Positions 34,139-42,700 of a stretch of 64,000 nt of DNA are shown here, piece after piece; positions within the stretch are counted from its first letter, which is position 1; each line of letters begins with the position of its first letter. The stretch is taken from contig CBDCRP010000003.1 of the NCBI GenBank assembly GCA_965221165.1, positions 512,001 through 576,000 on the forward strand. Reading direction: 5' to 3'. A program made the translations under genes and the position numbers. The notes beneath the pieces were generated by a model. That model was not told where the DNA came from and did not search any database. It saw nothing but the letters and a program-made list of their open reading frames with translations. The stretch is from a bacterium (lineage in GTDB: Bacteria > UBA8248).

Positions 34139-34959
34139 CGGGAGACGGCATCGTTCGCTCCCTCGGCATCAAACCGGGGCAAAGCGTCGCGGCGGTCGGC
34201 GGAGGCGGCAAAACGAGCCTTCTGACGGGCATCGCAAAATGCTTCCACGCGCAAAACGGGAAGTCTGCAATTCTCACGACGACCACCAAGATTTTCGCGC
34301 CGCTCCCCGAGGAGGGGCTTCAACTGGTTCTGGGCGATATCGAGACGCTCTCGGAAAACCTCCGCCCCTACATGGACGCCTGCGGAATCTCCTGGTTCGC
34401 CCGCAGCCGCGAGGGGAAGACGCCGGTTCCGGGCCGGGAGAACGAGCAACGCATGAAACTAGGCGGCTTCGCGCCCACAGAAATCGCCCGCCTCAAGCTG
34501 GGCGATGGCCTCACCCTCATCGAGGCGGACGGGGCGCGAAGACTGCCCATCAAGGCGCCGGGTCCAGATGAACCCGTATTGCCCGGAGGTCTCGACGCCG
34601 TATTGGGCGTCTTGGGTGTAGACGCTCTGGGCGCGCCCCTGGGTGAGGCGCACGTCTTTCGGCCCGAGTTGTTCGGGCGAATATGCGGTCTGAAAGCCGG
34701 TGAGGAGATAACGGCGGAAGCCATAGGGAGATTGTGCGCGCATCCCGAAGGTCTTTTTCACAAGACGGAAGCCGGCGCGCGCAAGTGGATCGTCGTGAAC
34801 AAGGCCGATTTGGAAACTTCGGTGGAAAAATTGGAAAAAACGGCCTATACTATATGGGAACTGGCTGGGAAACCCCATGGTCCGGCGGACGGCATTCTCT
34901 TCACGTCTTGTCTGAATGGCGAATGTGAAGTATTCATGCGGATCATACCGGATGTGTAA
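34132..34959 (+). CDS. yqeC: Selenium cofactor biosynthesis protein YqeC
   Basis: VGGGGKTSL, LTTTTKI, LIEADGARRLPIKAP..EPVLP, HPEGLF, VVNKAD. Confidence 0.9.
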   Translation: MVAGDGIVRSLGIKPGQSVAAVGGGGKTSLLTGIAKCFHAQNGKSAILTTTTKIFAPLPEEGLQLVLGDIETLSENLRPYMDACGISWFARSREGKTPVPGRENEQRMKLGGFAPTEIARLKLGDGLTLIEADGARRLPIKAPGPDEPVLPGGLDAVLGVLGVDALGAPLGEAHVFRPELFGRICGLKAGEEITAEAIGRLCAHPEGLFHKTEAGARKWIVVNKADLETSVEKLEKTAYTIWELAGKPHGPADGILFTSCLNGECEVFMRIIPDV

Positions 34960-34990
34960 CTACTGCAATTCCACGTAAGCGGAGCGGGAA

Positions 34991-36136
34991 ATGAGCAAGG
35001 ACGTATTCAAGGAGATGACCAGGCTGAAGGAAGACGGCCAGAGCGGCGCGCTCGCCACCGTCGTGGCCCGCAAGGGGTCTGCGCCCATGAGCGGCGATGC
35101 GAAGATGCTCGTGCGCGAGGACGGCAGCACGGAAGGCACCGTCGGGGGCGGCTGTCTCGAGGCGGAAGTCTGGGAAACCGCGATGAGCGTCCTCGAAACG
35201 GGAGAACCCGAAAAACTCACCTTCGACCTCACCCAGCAGGAAGCGGAAGACAGCGGACATATCTGCGGCGGCGTCGTGGAGATACTGGTGGAACCGTTCC
35301 AGGCGTTTCAGGAAGAGTTGCTCGGGGAGATCAACCGAATCAGGAACCAGGGCGGCAGCGCGGCGCTGGCGACCATCGTTCAGCCGGGCGAACTCGATAT
35401 CCCGACGCCCGAGGCCAGAAAAATGCTCTTCCGGCGCGACGGCAGCTCCGTAGGCGAAATTCCCAACTACTCGACGGAAATCTGGGCGGAGAGCACGCAA
35501 ATCATCCGCCAGGGCAGCCCCACGCTCTTGCAGTTCAACAGAGACGCTGCGCGCGCGGGCGGCAAAAGGTCCACGCTCGAGGGGGCTACCGAAATCTTCG
35601 TCGAACCCATATCCGGCCAGCCGCTCGTCTATATCTTCGGCGGCGGTCACGTGTCTTTCTGCGTCGCGCAGGCGGCCTACCTCGGCGGCTTCCGGGTCGC
35701 GATCGTCGAAGACAGGCCCTCGTTCGCGAACAAGGAACGCTTCCCGATGGCGGAGTCGTTCTTCGTGGGAGAATTTCCCGAGATTTTCGAGAAAATTCCG
35801 GTCGACGAGTCGGACTACCTCGCCATCATCACCCGGGGCCACTCGAACGACGAGGTCGTCCTCGAATGGGCGATGAAGACGCCCGCGCGCTACATCGGGA
35901 TGATTGGCTCCAAAAGCAAGGTGCTGCTCACCTATCGCCACCTTCAGGACAGGGGCTACGAGCGAGGCGAACTCATCGGGCGCGTTCATGCGCCCATAGG
36001 TCTCGACATCGGCGCCGATACGCCGGGAGAGATCGGGGTCGCCATCGTCGCCGAACTCATCCGCCACCGCCGCCGGGGCGTGGCCGAGGGCGAGGGCACG
36101 GGCAGCAAAAGGGTGCAACTCAGAAGAAAATCCTAG
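34991..36136 (+). CDS. xdhC: XdhC/CoxF-family Mo-cofactor insertion chaperone
   Basis: LATVV..KGSAP, GTVGGGCLEA, ICGG, IFGGGHV, YIGMIGS, HAPIGLDIGADTPGEI. Confidence 0.9.
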   Translation: MSKDVFKEMTRLKEDGQSGALATVVARKGSAPMSGDAKMLVREDGSTEGTVGGGCLEAEVWETAMSVLETGEPEKLTFDLTQQEAEDSGHICGGVVEILVEPFQAFQEELLGEINRIRNQGGSAALATIVQPGELDIPTPEARKMLFRRDGSSVGEIPNYSTEIWAESTQIIRQGSPTLLQFNRDAARAGGKRSTLEGATEIFVEPISGQPLVYIFGGGHVSFCVAQAAYLGGFRVAIVEDRPSFANKERFPMAESFFVGEFPEIFEKIPVDESDYLAIITRGHSNDEVVLEWAMKTPARYIGMIGSKSKVLLTYRHLQDRGYERGELIGRVHAPIGLDIGADTPGEIGVAIVAELIRHRRRGVAEGEGTGSKRVQLRRKS

Positions 36137-36217
36137 AACGTCCAGCCGCAAACGGCCCGCGCGAGGGGGCCGCATTCCACTATACCCAGGACCCGAAGCG
36201 AGTGCATCCCAGGGATC

Positions 36218-36973
36218 ATGGGTTATCTCCGCAGGCTCATCGGCGCAGCGACGGATTTCCTCATCCCCCCGAAGTGCCTTTTGTGTTCGGCTTCCATGCA
36301 AATCGGCGACCCCCATGCGATATGCGCCCCTTGTACGGACGCTTTCGAGCGTTTCGAACCGCCTTGGTGTCCCAGGTGCGGCGACCCCTTCCGCTCCCAA
36401 GCCACCCTCGCCCACTCCCCGGCCCACGTTTGCGCGGATTGCCTGGAAAATACCCACCATTACGACATGGCCCGCGCCATCGGCGCGTATGAAGGCTCGC
36501 TGCGAGAATCTATCCACCTCTTCAAATTCCAGGGTTTCACAAAACTGGCGCGTGAGTTCGCTCCCCATCTCGCCGAACTCGCGACGGACGAATTAGGTGC
36601 GGATGAAGACGCCCGAAATGTGCTCCTGACGCACGTGCCCATCGACCCAGCCCGCTGGAGAACCAGAGGCTTCGATCAAGCGATGCTGCTCGCACTCAGG
36701 ACGGCGGAGCACCTGGGCGTGCCCCACGCGGATTGCCTCGAGCGCGCGAAGGCGACCCGCTCGCAAACGGGATTATCGGCGAGAGAGCGGCACCGGAACA
36801 TGCGGGGCGTCTTCCGGGTTCGCTCCAAGGGTAAGCGCCGAGATATTGAGGCGGCCACGTGCATACTCGTCGACGACGTCGTCACGACCGGCGCGACCGC
36901 CTCGGCCTGCGCGAGAGAGCTCAAAAAAGCGGGCGCCGAAGCCGTGCACCTGCTCACCATATGTCGCTCATGA
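36218..36973 (+). CDS. comF: ComF-family protein
   Basis: Double zinc ribbon (CxxC x4), RGFDQA, QTGLS..ERHRNMRGVF, LVDDVVTTGAT. Confidence 0.9.
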   Translation: MGYLRRLIGAATDFLIPPKCLLCSASMQIGDPHAICAPCTDAFERFEPPWCPRCGDPFRSQATLAHSPAHVCADCLENTHHYDMARAIGAYEGSLRESIHLFKFQGFTKLAREFAPHLAELATDELGADEDARNVLLTHVPIDPARWRTRGFDQAMLLALRTAEHLGVPHADCLERAKATRSQTGLSARERHRNMRGVFRVRSKGKRRDIEAATCILVDDVVTTGATASACARELKKAGAEAVHLLTICRS

Positions 36974-37067
36974 GGGGTTTGAGGCTTTCCGTGGAAGGAG
37001 AATATATTATTCAATGATAAATTCATGAAAAATAAGTAGAACTCTAGGTAACAATGAGGGGTAGAAA

Positions 37068-37889
37068 ATGCAAGATCAGTACATAGGTGATGTAGGGGAT
37101 TTCGGCAAATATGGTTTACTCCGCGCTATCACACAACCTAACATCACGGAGACAGGCAGATCAGAAGCCTTGAGTCTCGGCGTCGTCTGGTACCGACATC
37201 CCGACGAGCAAAGCAAAAACGATGGAAGCAAAATTAATTATCTCGACACTTCAAAGCGTGACAGCTTTCGGGTGTGTGACCCTGAACTATATGATTGCCT
37301 AGCAAAGATCGTAAGATATGATCCCCGTACCAAGACAGCTAAGGGTCGCAGAGCGATATCGAGAATCGGGAATAGCAAGATACTCGGTCCAAAAACCCGT
37401 TTTGGGGGCAAGAGATGTCCAAGTGGAGACCCCGTTGCTCGGGAAAAATGGCACAGAGAAACATTGAAAACTATGAAGAGATGCGACTTAGTATTCCTAG
37501 ATCCGGATAATGGCCTGAAATGCGACCAACAGTTTGTCAGTGGAAAACATGCGTATCTTGCGGAGGTGCTGGGCTTTGTTTGTCAAGGAAATGCCGTAAT
37601 TTTCTACCATCATCCGGGCCGGATAAAAAATACTACTCCTGACAAGTCTTCGCACGACACGCAAATTGAAAACCTCGCGAAATATCTTGCTCGCAAACTG
37701 AATAGCAATCATCATGTGTCAGCTTTCCGCTATCGAAGAGGCACTTCTCGAGCATTTTTCGTCATTTGGCCCACAGATCGGCATGAGATATTCAAGTCCC
37801 GTATACAGGCGGTGGGAGATGGGCTATGGGGTAAGGCAAACCATTTTGAACTTACTGTGCCTTCTCTCCGTGGGAAAAAGCGCAAATAG
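37068..37889 (+). CDS. Conserved hypothetical protein (MQDQYIGDVGDFGKYGLLR type), low GC
   Basis: 273-aa ORF with an RBS; DLVFLDPDNG motif; composition differs from flanks. Confidence 0.7.
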   Translation: MQDQYIGDVGDFGKYGLLRAITQPNITETGRSEALSLGVVWYRHPDEQSKNDGSKINYLDTSKRDSFRVCDPELYDCLAKIVRYDPRTKTAKGRRAISRIGNSKILGPKTRFGGKRCPSGDPVAREKWHRETLKTMKRCDLVFLDPDNGLKCDQQFVSGKHAYLAEVLGFVCQGNAVIFYHHPGRIKNTTPDKSSHDTQIENLAKYLARKLNSNHHVSAFRYRRGTSRAFFVIWPTDRHEIFKSRIQAVGDGLWGKANHFELTVPSLRGKKRK

Positions 37890-37909
37890 TAACGGAGGCG
37901 CAGAGAGTT

Positions 37910-37935
37910 GGGCGGACACACGGTTCCGCCCCTAC
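37910..37935 (-). repeat. GTAG-type REP
   Basis: gggcggacacacggttccgcccctac. Confidence 0.7.
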
Positions 37936-38447
37936 GAACGAAACTCGCCTCCCCTGCTTCCGCCGTTCACGACCATCCGCGCCGCGAGGATGAGGGCATC
38001 CACCATGCTGGAGGGGTCGGCGATGCCGCGTCCGGCGATGGGGTAGCCCGTCCCGTGCTCGACCGAGGTCCTGATGATGGGCAGGCCCAGCGTCACGTTG
38101 ACGCCGCGAACGCTGCGAACCCGAAAGCCGACTGCCAGTATCATCGGTAAGGCGTAATGGTGTATACGGTATTCCTTGCCATCCGAGGCAGTTATTAAAA
38201 AATCCTTAACAACTGAATTTTTATCTAACTCTCTTTCTTTCAATATGTTGGATATATGGATACTGATATTCGCCTTGGAGGTGGCAAAAAGTTCGGCGAG
38301 TTGACTTTGATTCAACCAGATAGTGCCGTCATGGGTGTAAAGCCCCACGGCAATTTGACCATCCGGAGTGTTGTAGATGATTATGTCCTGCTTATCCAAG
38401 ACTACCTCCAAAATTGGAATTCTCATTCCCTCAGATCTGTATATCAC
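37932..38447 (-). pseudogene. Truncated RhuM-family gene fused in frame to a duplicated pdxA 3' end
   Basis: [56 protein letters not shown] is the RhuM N-terminus. It continues into [18 protein letters not shown] from PdxA. Confidence 0.8.
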
Positions 38448-38754
38448 CCATCCCGAAAAATGCGTAGTGAAACACCCGCATCTCCCAACATTCGCAATGA
38501 GCTTCGCTCTGACCCATGCGCTATTTTCATTGAGGCTGCATTTGAGTTCTCGCCGCTAGCCCGAGCAGAAGTCGGACTTTTCTGACAAAGATTTTATTTT
38601 TTATCTATTCACGACCATCCGCGCCGCGAGGAGGAGCGCGTCCACCATGCTGGAGGGGTCGGCGATGCCGCGTCCGGCGATGGGGTAGCCCGTCCCGTGC
38701 TCGACCGAGGTCCTGATGATGGGCAGGCCCAGCGTCACGTTGACGCCGCGAACG
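37966..38754. repeat. 147-bp direct repeat (37966-38112 and 38608-38754)
   Basis: Aligned by eye: 3 mismatches in 147 bp, offset 642. Confidence 0.9.
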
Positions 38755-39629
38755 GCCCCCTGCCCTTGTGAGTCGAAGCGAAAACACATTAATTTTCCCG
38801 GAATATGGCCCTGATCATGATACATGGCCACCACACCAGAGTAGTAGCCGCCGCGCAGCTTGCCGAAAATCGTGTCGGGCGATTCAGGCCCGTGCGCGTC
38901 GACGCCCATCTCCCTTAGGTCCGCGACCGCGGGCGCGATTTCCTCCACTTCCTCCCTGCCGAACAGCCCGGCCTCGCCCGCATGGGGATTGAGACCCGCC
39001 ACGCCGATTCTGGGTTGCTTGCGGTCCAGAAGGCGCAGGGCATCGTCCAGAACGCGCGCCACGTATACGATTCTTTTTCTCTTGACGCGCCTGAGCGCCA
39101 CCCTCAAAGGACAATGGGTGGAGAGGTGCGCGATGCGAATCTTGCGGTGCGCCAGCATCATAACGGGCCGCCCCTTCCCGCACAGGGCGGCGAGCATTTC
39201 GGTATGTCCCGGGTAGTCATACCCCCCGGCCTGTAAGGATTCCTTGTTTATCGGCGCGGTGGCGACGGCGTCCGCCCGGCCTGAGCGCGCCATCGAGACG
39301 GCCTTTTCGATGTACTGGCCGGACGCTGCGCCCAATTCGGAGAGAACTTTTCCGAAAACGCGGTGCCCGGAAGCCACGTTCTTGAGATCAACCACGGGCG
39401 TGATATCCGACCCATGATATCGCGCAAGCGCTCCTTCGTCCTTGACCCGTTCCAGCCGGGCCGGAATCTTCATCCTCCGCGCGTGTTTCCTCAAAACGGC
39501 CATATCGCCGACGATGAGGGGCACGCATTTTTTCTGGACGCTCTCCACCCGGGCGGCCTTGAGGCAAACCTCGGGTCCCACTCCCGCCGGGTCTCCCATG
39601 GTCATTGCGATTACGGGTCGTCGTTTCAA
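38601..39629 (-). CDS. pdxA: 4-hydroxythreonine-4-phosphate dehydrogenase family
   Basis: [44 protein letters not shown]; likely TTG start at 39629. Confidence 0.92.
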   Translation of the reverse strand: MKRRPVIAMTMGDPAGVGPEVCLKAARVESVQKKCVPLIVGDMAVLRKHARRMKIPARLERVKDEGALARYHGSDITPVVDLKNVASGHRVFGKVLSELGAASGQYIEKAVSMARSGRADAVATAPINKESLQAGGYDYPGHTEMLAALCGKGRPVMMLAHRKIRIAHLSTHCPLRVALRRVKRKRIVYVARVLDDALRLLDRKQPRIGVAGLNPHAGEAGLFGREEVEEIAPAVADLREMGVDAHGPESPDTIFGKLRGGYYSGVVAMYHDQGHIPGKLMCFRFDSQGQGAVRGVNVTLGLPIIRTSVEHGTGYPIAGRGIADPSSMVDALLLAARMVVNR

Positions 39630-39842
39630 TACGGATTCCTTTTTTCTCTCCGCGCCGGATAAGGGAAAATATCGTCCCGCCTGAAAAAGCCCGGGCGATA
39701 TCGACCGCACAACATTATCATATCCGCGCCATCTTCGATTCGAGAGAATATTTTCCGGGAACTCTTGACTTTGGCAATGCGCGACACAGAAGATGGGTCT
39801 CTTAATATAAAGAATATGAAATTACCATCGAGAGGCAAATCC

Positions 39843-40352
39843 TTGAGCGAAAAAGGCGCGAGCGCAAGTAAAACAGTTGCGAAACTCCATGAACTCGGCT
39901 TCACGCACGTTCTCATGATTCCGGACAGCGAGAGCCGGCTCCTGTACGAAACCCTGGGAAACGACCCGAAAATCGACCTGATCACCCCCTGCCGGGAGGG
40001 AGAATCGGTCGCCATCGCAGCCGGGCTCTGGACGGGTGGCCGGAAACCACTGCTCGTGATTCAGAACACGGGGCTGATGGAGGCGGGAGACTCCTTAAGA
40101 GGCTGTGGAGCAGGCCCCAAGGTGCCCCTGCGCATGATGGTCGGCTGGCGGGGATACGGCGGAGCGATGGCCGGCAAGTCCCCGATTGATTCGGCCTATA
40201 CCTTCACGGAACCGCTGCTCCAGGCGTGGAGAATCCCGACCTGGCGGCTCATGTCGGATGACGATCTGGGAACACTCGAACTGATGGACCAAACGGCGTC
40301 AGCCACTTCTTATCCGGCGGCCGTGATCACCGGCTACGCATTCCAACCTTAA
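39843..40352 (+). CDS. Sulfopyruvate/phosphonopyruvate decarboxylase alpha-like subunit (ComD-like)
   Basis: IPDS, REGESVAIAAG, IQNTG, VGWRG; start uncertain (39816 or 39843). Confidence 0.78.
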   Translation: MSEKGASASKTVAKLHELGFTHVLMIPDSESRLLYETLGNDPKIDLITPCREGESVAIAAGLWTGGRKPLLVIQNTGLMEAGDSLRGCGAGPKVPLRMMVGWRGYGGAMAGKSPIDSAYTFTEPLLQAWRIPTWRLMSDDDLGTLELMDQTASATSYPAAVITGYAFQP

Positions 40353-40365
40353 AGGGCGGGGCATC

Positions 40366-40950
40366 TTGATTGAGCGCATGGAATTGTTCCGGGCCTTGGC
40401 GGAGCAAAGAACAGATGAAATCGTGGTGATGACCATGACTGCCACCCTGCAGTGGCCGCTGGTCTCTGAGAGTGAGCTTGATTTCGATTTCCTGGCGTTC
40501 GGCATGGGACACGCGGCCGACTTCGGCCTGGGGCTCGCCATCGCCCGGCCCGAGCGAAAAACCATCGTCTGGAAGGGGGATGGGGGCATGCTGATGAGCC
40601 TGGGCTCGCTGGTGACGCTGGCCCGGTATGCGCCTGAAAACCTGGTTGTTTTCCTGCTCGAAAACAGGAGCTACGAGATGGTGGGCGGGCAAGAACTCCC
40701 GCCCCGGGCCGATTTCATCGAACTGGCGCTCGCCGCCGGATTCGAGGGCGGCGGCGCAACGGCAAAAGGCAAAGTGGCGCGTATCGATTCTCTCGAGACG
40801 TTTCGGGAAACACTGCCGCAGATTCTCACCGAGGCGGGCCCTCATTTCATCGTATTGCCGATCACGAACAAGGAAAAACTTCCGCCCGTCAACCATTCCG
40901 ATCATGCGGGCAGGATTCAAACCCTCAGAAAGGCGCTGAGCGTCTCGTAA
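40366..40950 (+). CDS. ThDP-binding decarboxylase beta-like subunit (ComE-like)
   Basis: GMGHA..FGLGLA, GDGGMLMSLGSL..ENRSYEMVGGQ (GDG...N ThDP motif). Confidence 0.8.
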   Translation: MIERMELFRALAEQRTDEIVVMTMTATLQWPLVSESELDFDFLAFGMGHAADFGLGLAIARPERKTIVWKGDGGMLMSLGSLVTLARYAPENLVVFLLENRSYEMVGGQELPPRADFIELALAAGFEGGGATAKGKVARIDSLETFRETLPQILTEAGPHFIVLPITNKEKLPPVNHSDHAGRIQTLRKALSVS

Positions 40951-40969
40951 GAAAAGAGACGAAAGAGCG

Positions 40970-41671
40970 TCACTTATTAACGAATATCCCTTCCAGTTCT
41001 TCGAGTGAGGAAATTTCCGCGTCTATCTCGTGTGGAACGCGCTCTTTTTTCTGAGCAAAGCGATTGACCCATACGACGCGATAGCCAAAATACGATGCTC
41101 CCGCGACGTCCCAGCCATTCGAGGAGAAAAAGCAGATTCTATCGGCCGGAACGCGAAGCCGATCGACCGCCAGTTGGTAGACCGTTGGGTGTACCTTGAA
41201 TATCCCTACGCTCTCTACGGATAAAATCTCTTCGAGATATTCCTCGATTCCGGCATTTTTCACCGCGCTGCCCAGCATTTCGGGAGAACCATTGGAGAGA
41301 ATCGCCGCCCGCACCCCATTTTCCTTGAGATTTTTGAGCACGCTTTTCACTTCAGGATATGCGCTCAATTGCTTGTAGAGCATCATCAGTTCTTCGCGAA
41401 GCCCCGGATTTCTCATTCCCAGGGTATCCAGCGCAAAATCGAGCGCATCGCCCGTCACCTGCCAAAAATCGGCATGGGAGCCCATCAGGCTTCTCAGCCA
41501 CGTGTATTCAATCTGCTTCGTGCGCCAAAGCGAGGAGAGCGCCTGCCACTGATCGCCCAAGTCAGATTGCTTTTCCACCGCGGCCGCCGTTACGTCGAAC
41601 AACGTGCCGTAGGCATCGAACAAACACAGGTCAATTTCATGATCATTGAGCAGGAGCATCTCTGCGCTCAC
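40970..41671 (-). CDS. Haloacid dehalogenase type II
   Basis: FDAYGTLFDV, WRTKQIEYTW, LSNG, FKVHP..Y, SSNGWD. Confidence 0.9.
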   Translation of the reverse strand: MSAEMLLLNDHEIDLCLFDAYGTLFDVTAAAVEKQSDLGDQWQALSSLWRTKQIEYTWLRSLMGSHADFWQVTGDALDFALDTLGMRNPGLREELMMLYKQLSAYPEVKSVLKNLKENGVRAAILSNGSPEMLGSAVKNAGIEEYLEEILSVESVGIFKVHPTVYQLAVDRLRVPADRICFFSSNGWDVAGASYFGYRVVWVNRFAQKKERVPHEIDAEISSLEELEGIFVNK

Positions 41672-41696
41672 CTCATCAGAATACGACCATATCGCT

Positions 41697-42671
41697 CTAG
41701 GGAACCAGGTTTACCTTACCCAAAAACTTTCCGCTCAGAAGAAGTTCGTGAGATTCATTCGCCTTCTCCACGGGAAGTTCCCGCCCAATATGGGGTTTGA
41801 TGGCTCCTTTTTCAAGCAAAGGGTTCAGGCGCCTCAAAATGCCCGGGACGAGAGGATTCAAATTTCCCGAAGAAAGCGCCAGAATCCTCGCATCCCGACC
41901 CATGGCCGCCGGCAAGGGGATCGTCACCTCCGGCCCTTTGCCCGTTCCCGTTCCAACGATGACGATCCGGCCATTGACGGCGTTGAGCCTTAAATCAGCA
42001 AGCAAATTATCACAACCAACGGTTTCAACGACGACCTCGACGCCTCTCCCGGAAGTCAGTTCCATCACACGTTCGGGCACGTCTTCTTCTCTGTAGTTGA
42101 TGGCCGCCTCGGCGCCGGCCGCAAGACAAAAATCCGCCTTTTCCTTCGAGCTTACCGTCGCAAACACCCGGCAGCCTATCGTGCGGGCAAGCTGGATGGC
42201 CAGATAGCCCACACCACCCGCTCCGCCTTGTACGAGCACGCAATCGCCGGGAGCCGCTTCTCCCTTCACCACCAAAGCGTTCCAGGCCGTGAGGAGGGGT
42301 ATGGGCAGTGCGGCTCCTTCCGCAACAGACATCGAATCCGGCAGCTTTCCCGTCGAGCCTGCGGGCAGCAGCCCTTTTTCGGCATATGCGCCCGTGGAAG
42401 CACGGCCCCATACCCGATCGCCCGGCGCAAACGCCTCGACGCCCTCGCCAACTGCTTCTACTTCGCCTGCGACGTCCGTGCCGCACGTATAGGGCAGAGT
42501 CATCGCTTTGGCGCGCGGATGATTTCCCGAGCGTATTGCGACTTCCAGAGGATTCACGCCCGCAGCCGCTATGCGCACCAGCATTTCGCCCGGCCCGGGC
42601 GTCGGCTCTTCCACATCTTCCGACACCATCGGATGCTCGAGCCCGAACCGCGTCACTCGTACAGCTTTTAT
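41697..42671 (-). CDS. NADPH:quinone oxidoreductase (zeta-crystallin/MDR family), apparent ATA start
   Basis: GVNPLE, LVQGGAGGVG, GRGVEVVVE, GKVNL; AAGGAG-N6-ATA AAA GCT GTA CGA matches the paralog's MKAVRV. Confidence 0.88.
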   Translation of the reverse strand: MKAVRVTRFGLEHPMVSEDVEEPTPGPGEMLVRIAAAGVNPLEVAIRSGNHPRAKAMTLPYTCGTDVAGEVEAVGEGVEAFAPGDRVWGRASTGAYAEKGLLPAGSTGKLPDSMSVAEGAALPIPLLTAWNALVVKGEAAPGDCVLVQGGAGGVGYLAIQLARTIGCRVFATVSSKEKADFCLAAGAEAAINYREEDVPERVMELTSGRGVEVVVETVGCDNLLADLRLNAVNGRIVIVGTGTGKGPEVTIPLPAAMGRDARILALSSGNLNPLVPGILRRLNPLLEKGAIKPHIGRELPVEKANESHELLLSGKFLGKVNLVP

Positions 42672-42700
42672 CTCATTCTCCTTTCGCGCCCAATCTACAT

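Noticed and set aside
37966-38754. attL/attR of an intact prophage or integrative element
   Set aside because: Only about 500 bp lie between the repeats, with no integrase or phage genes.
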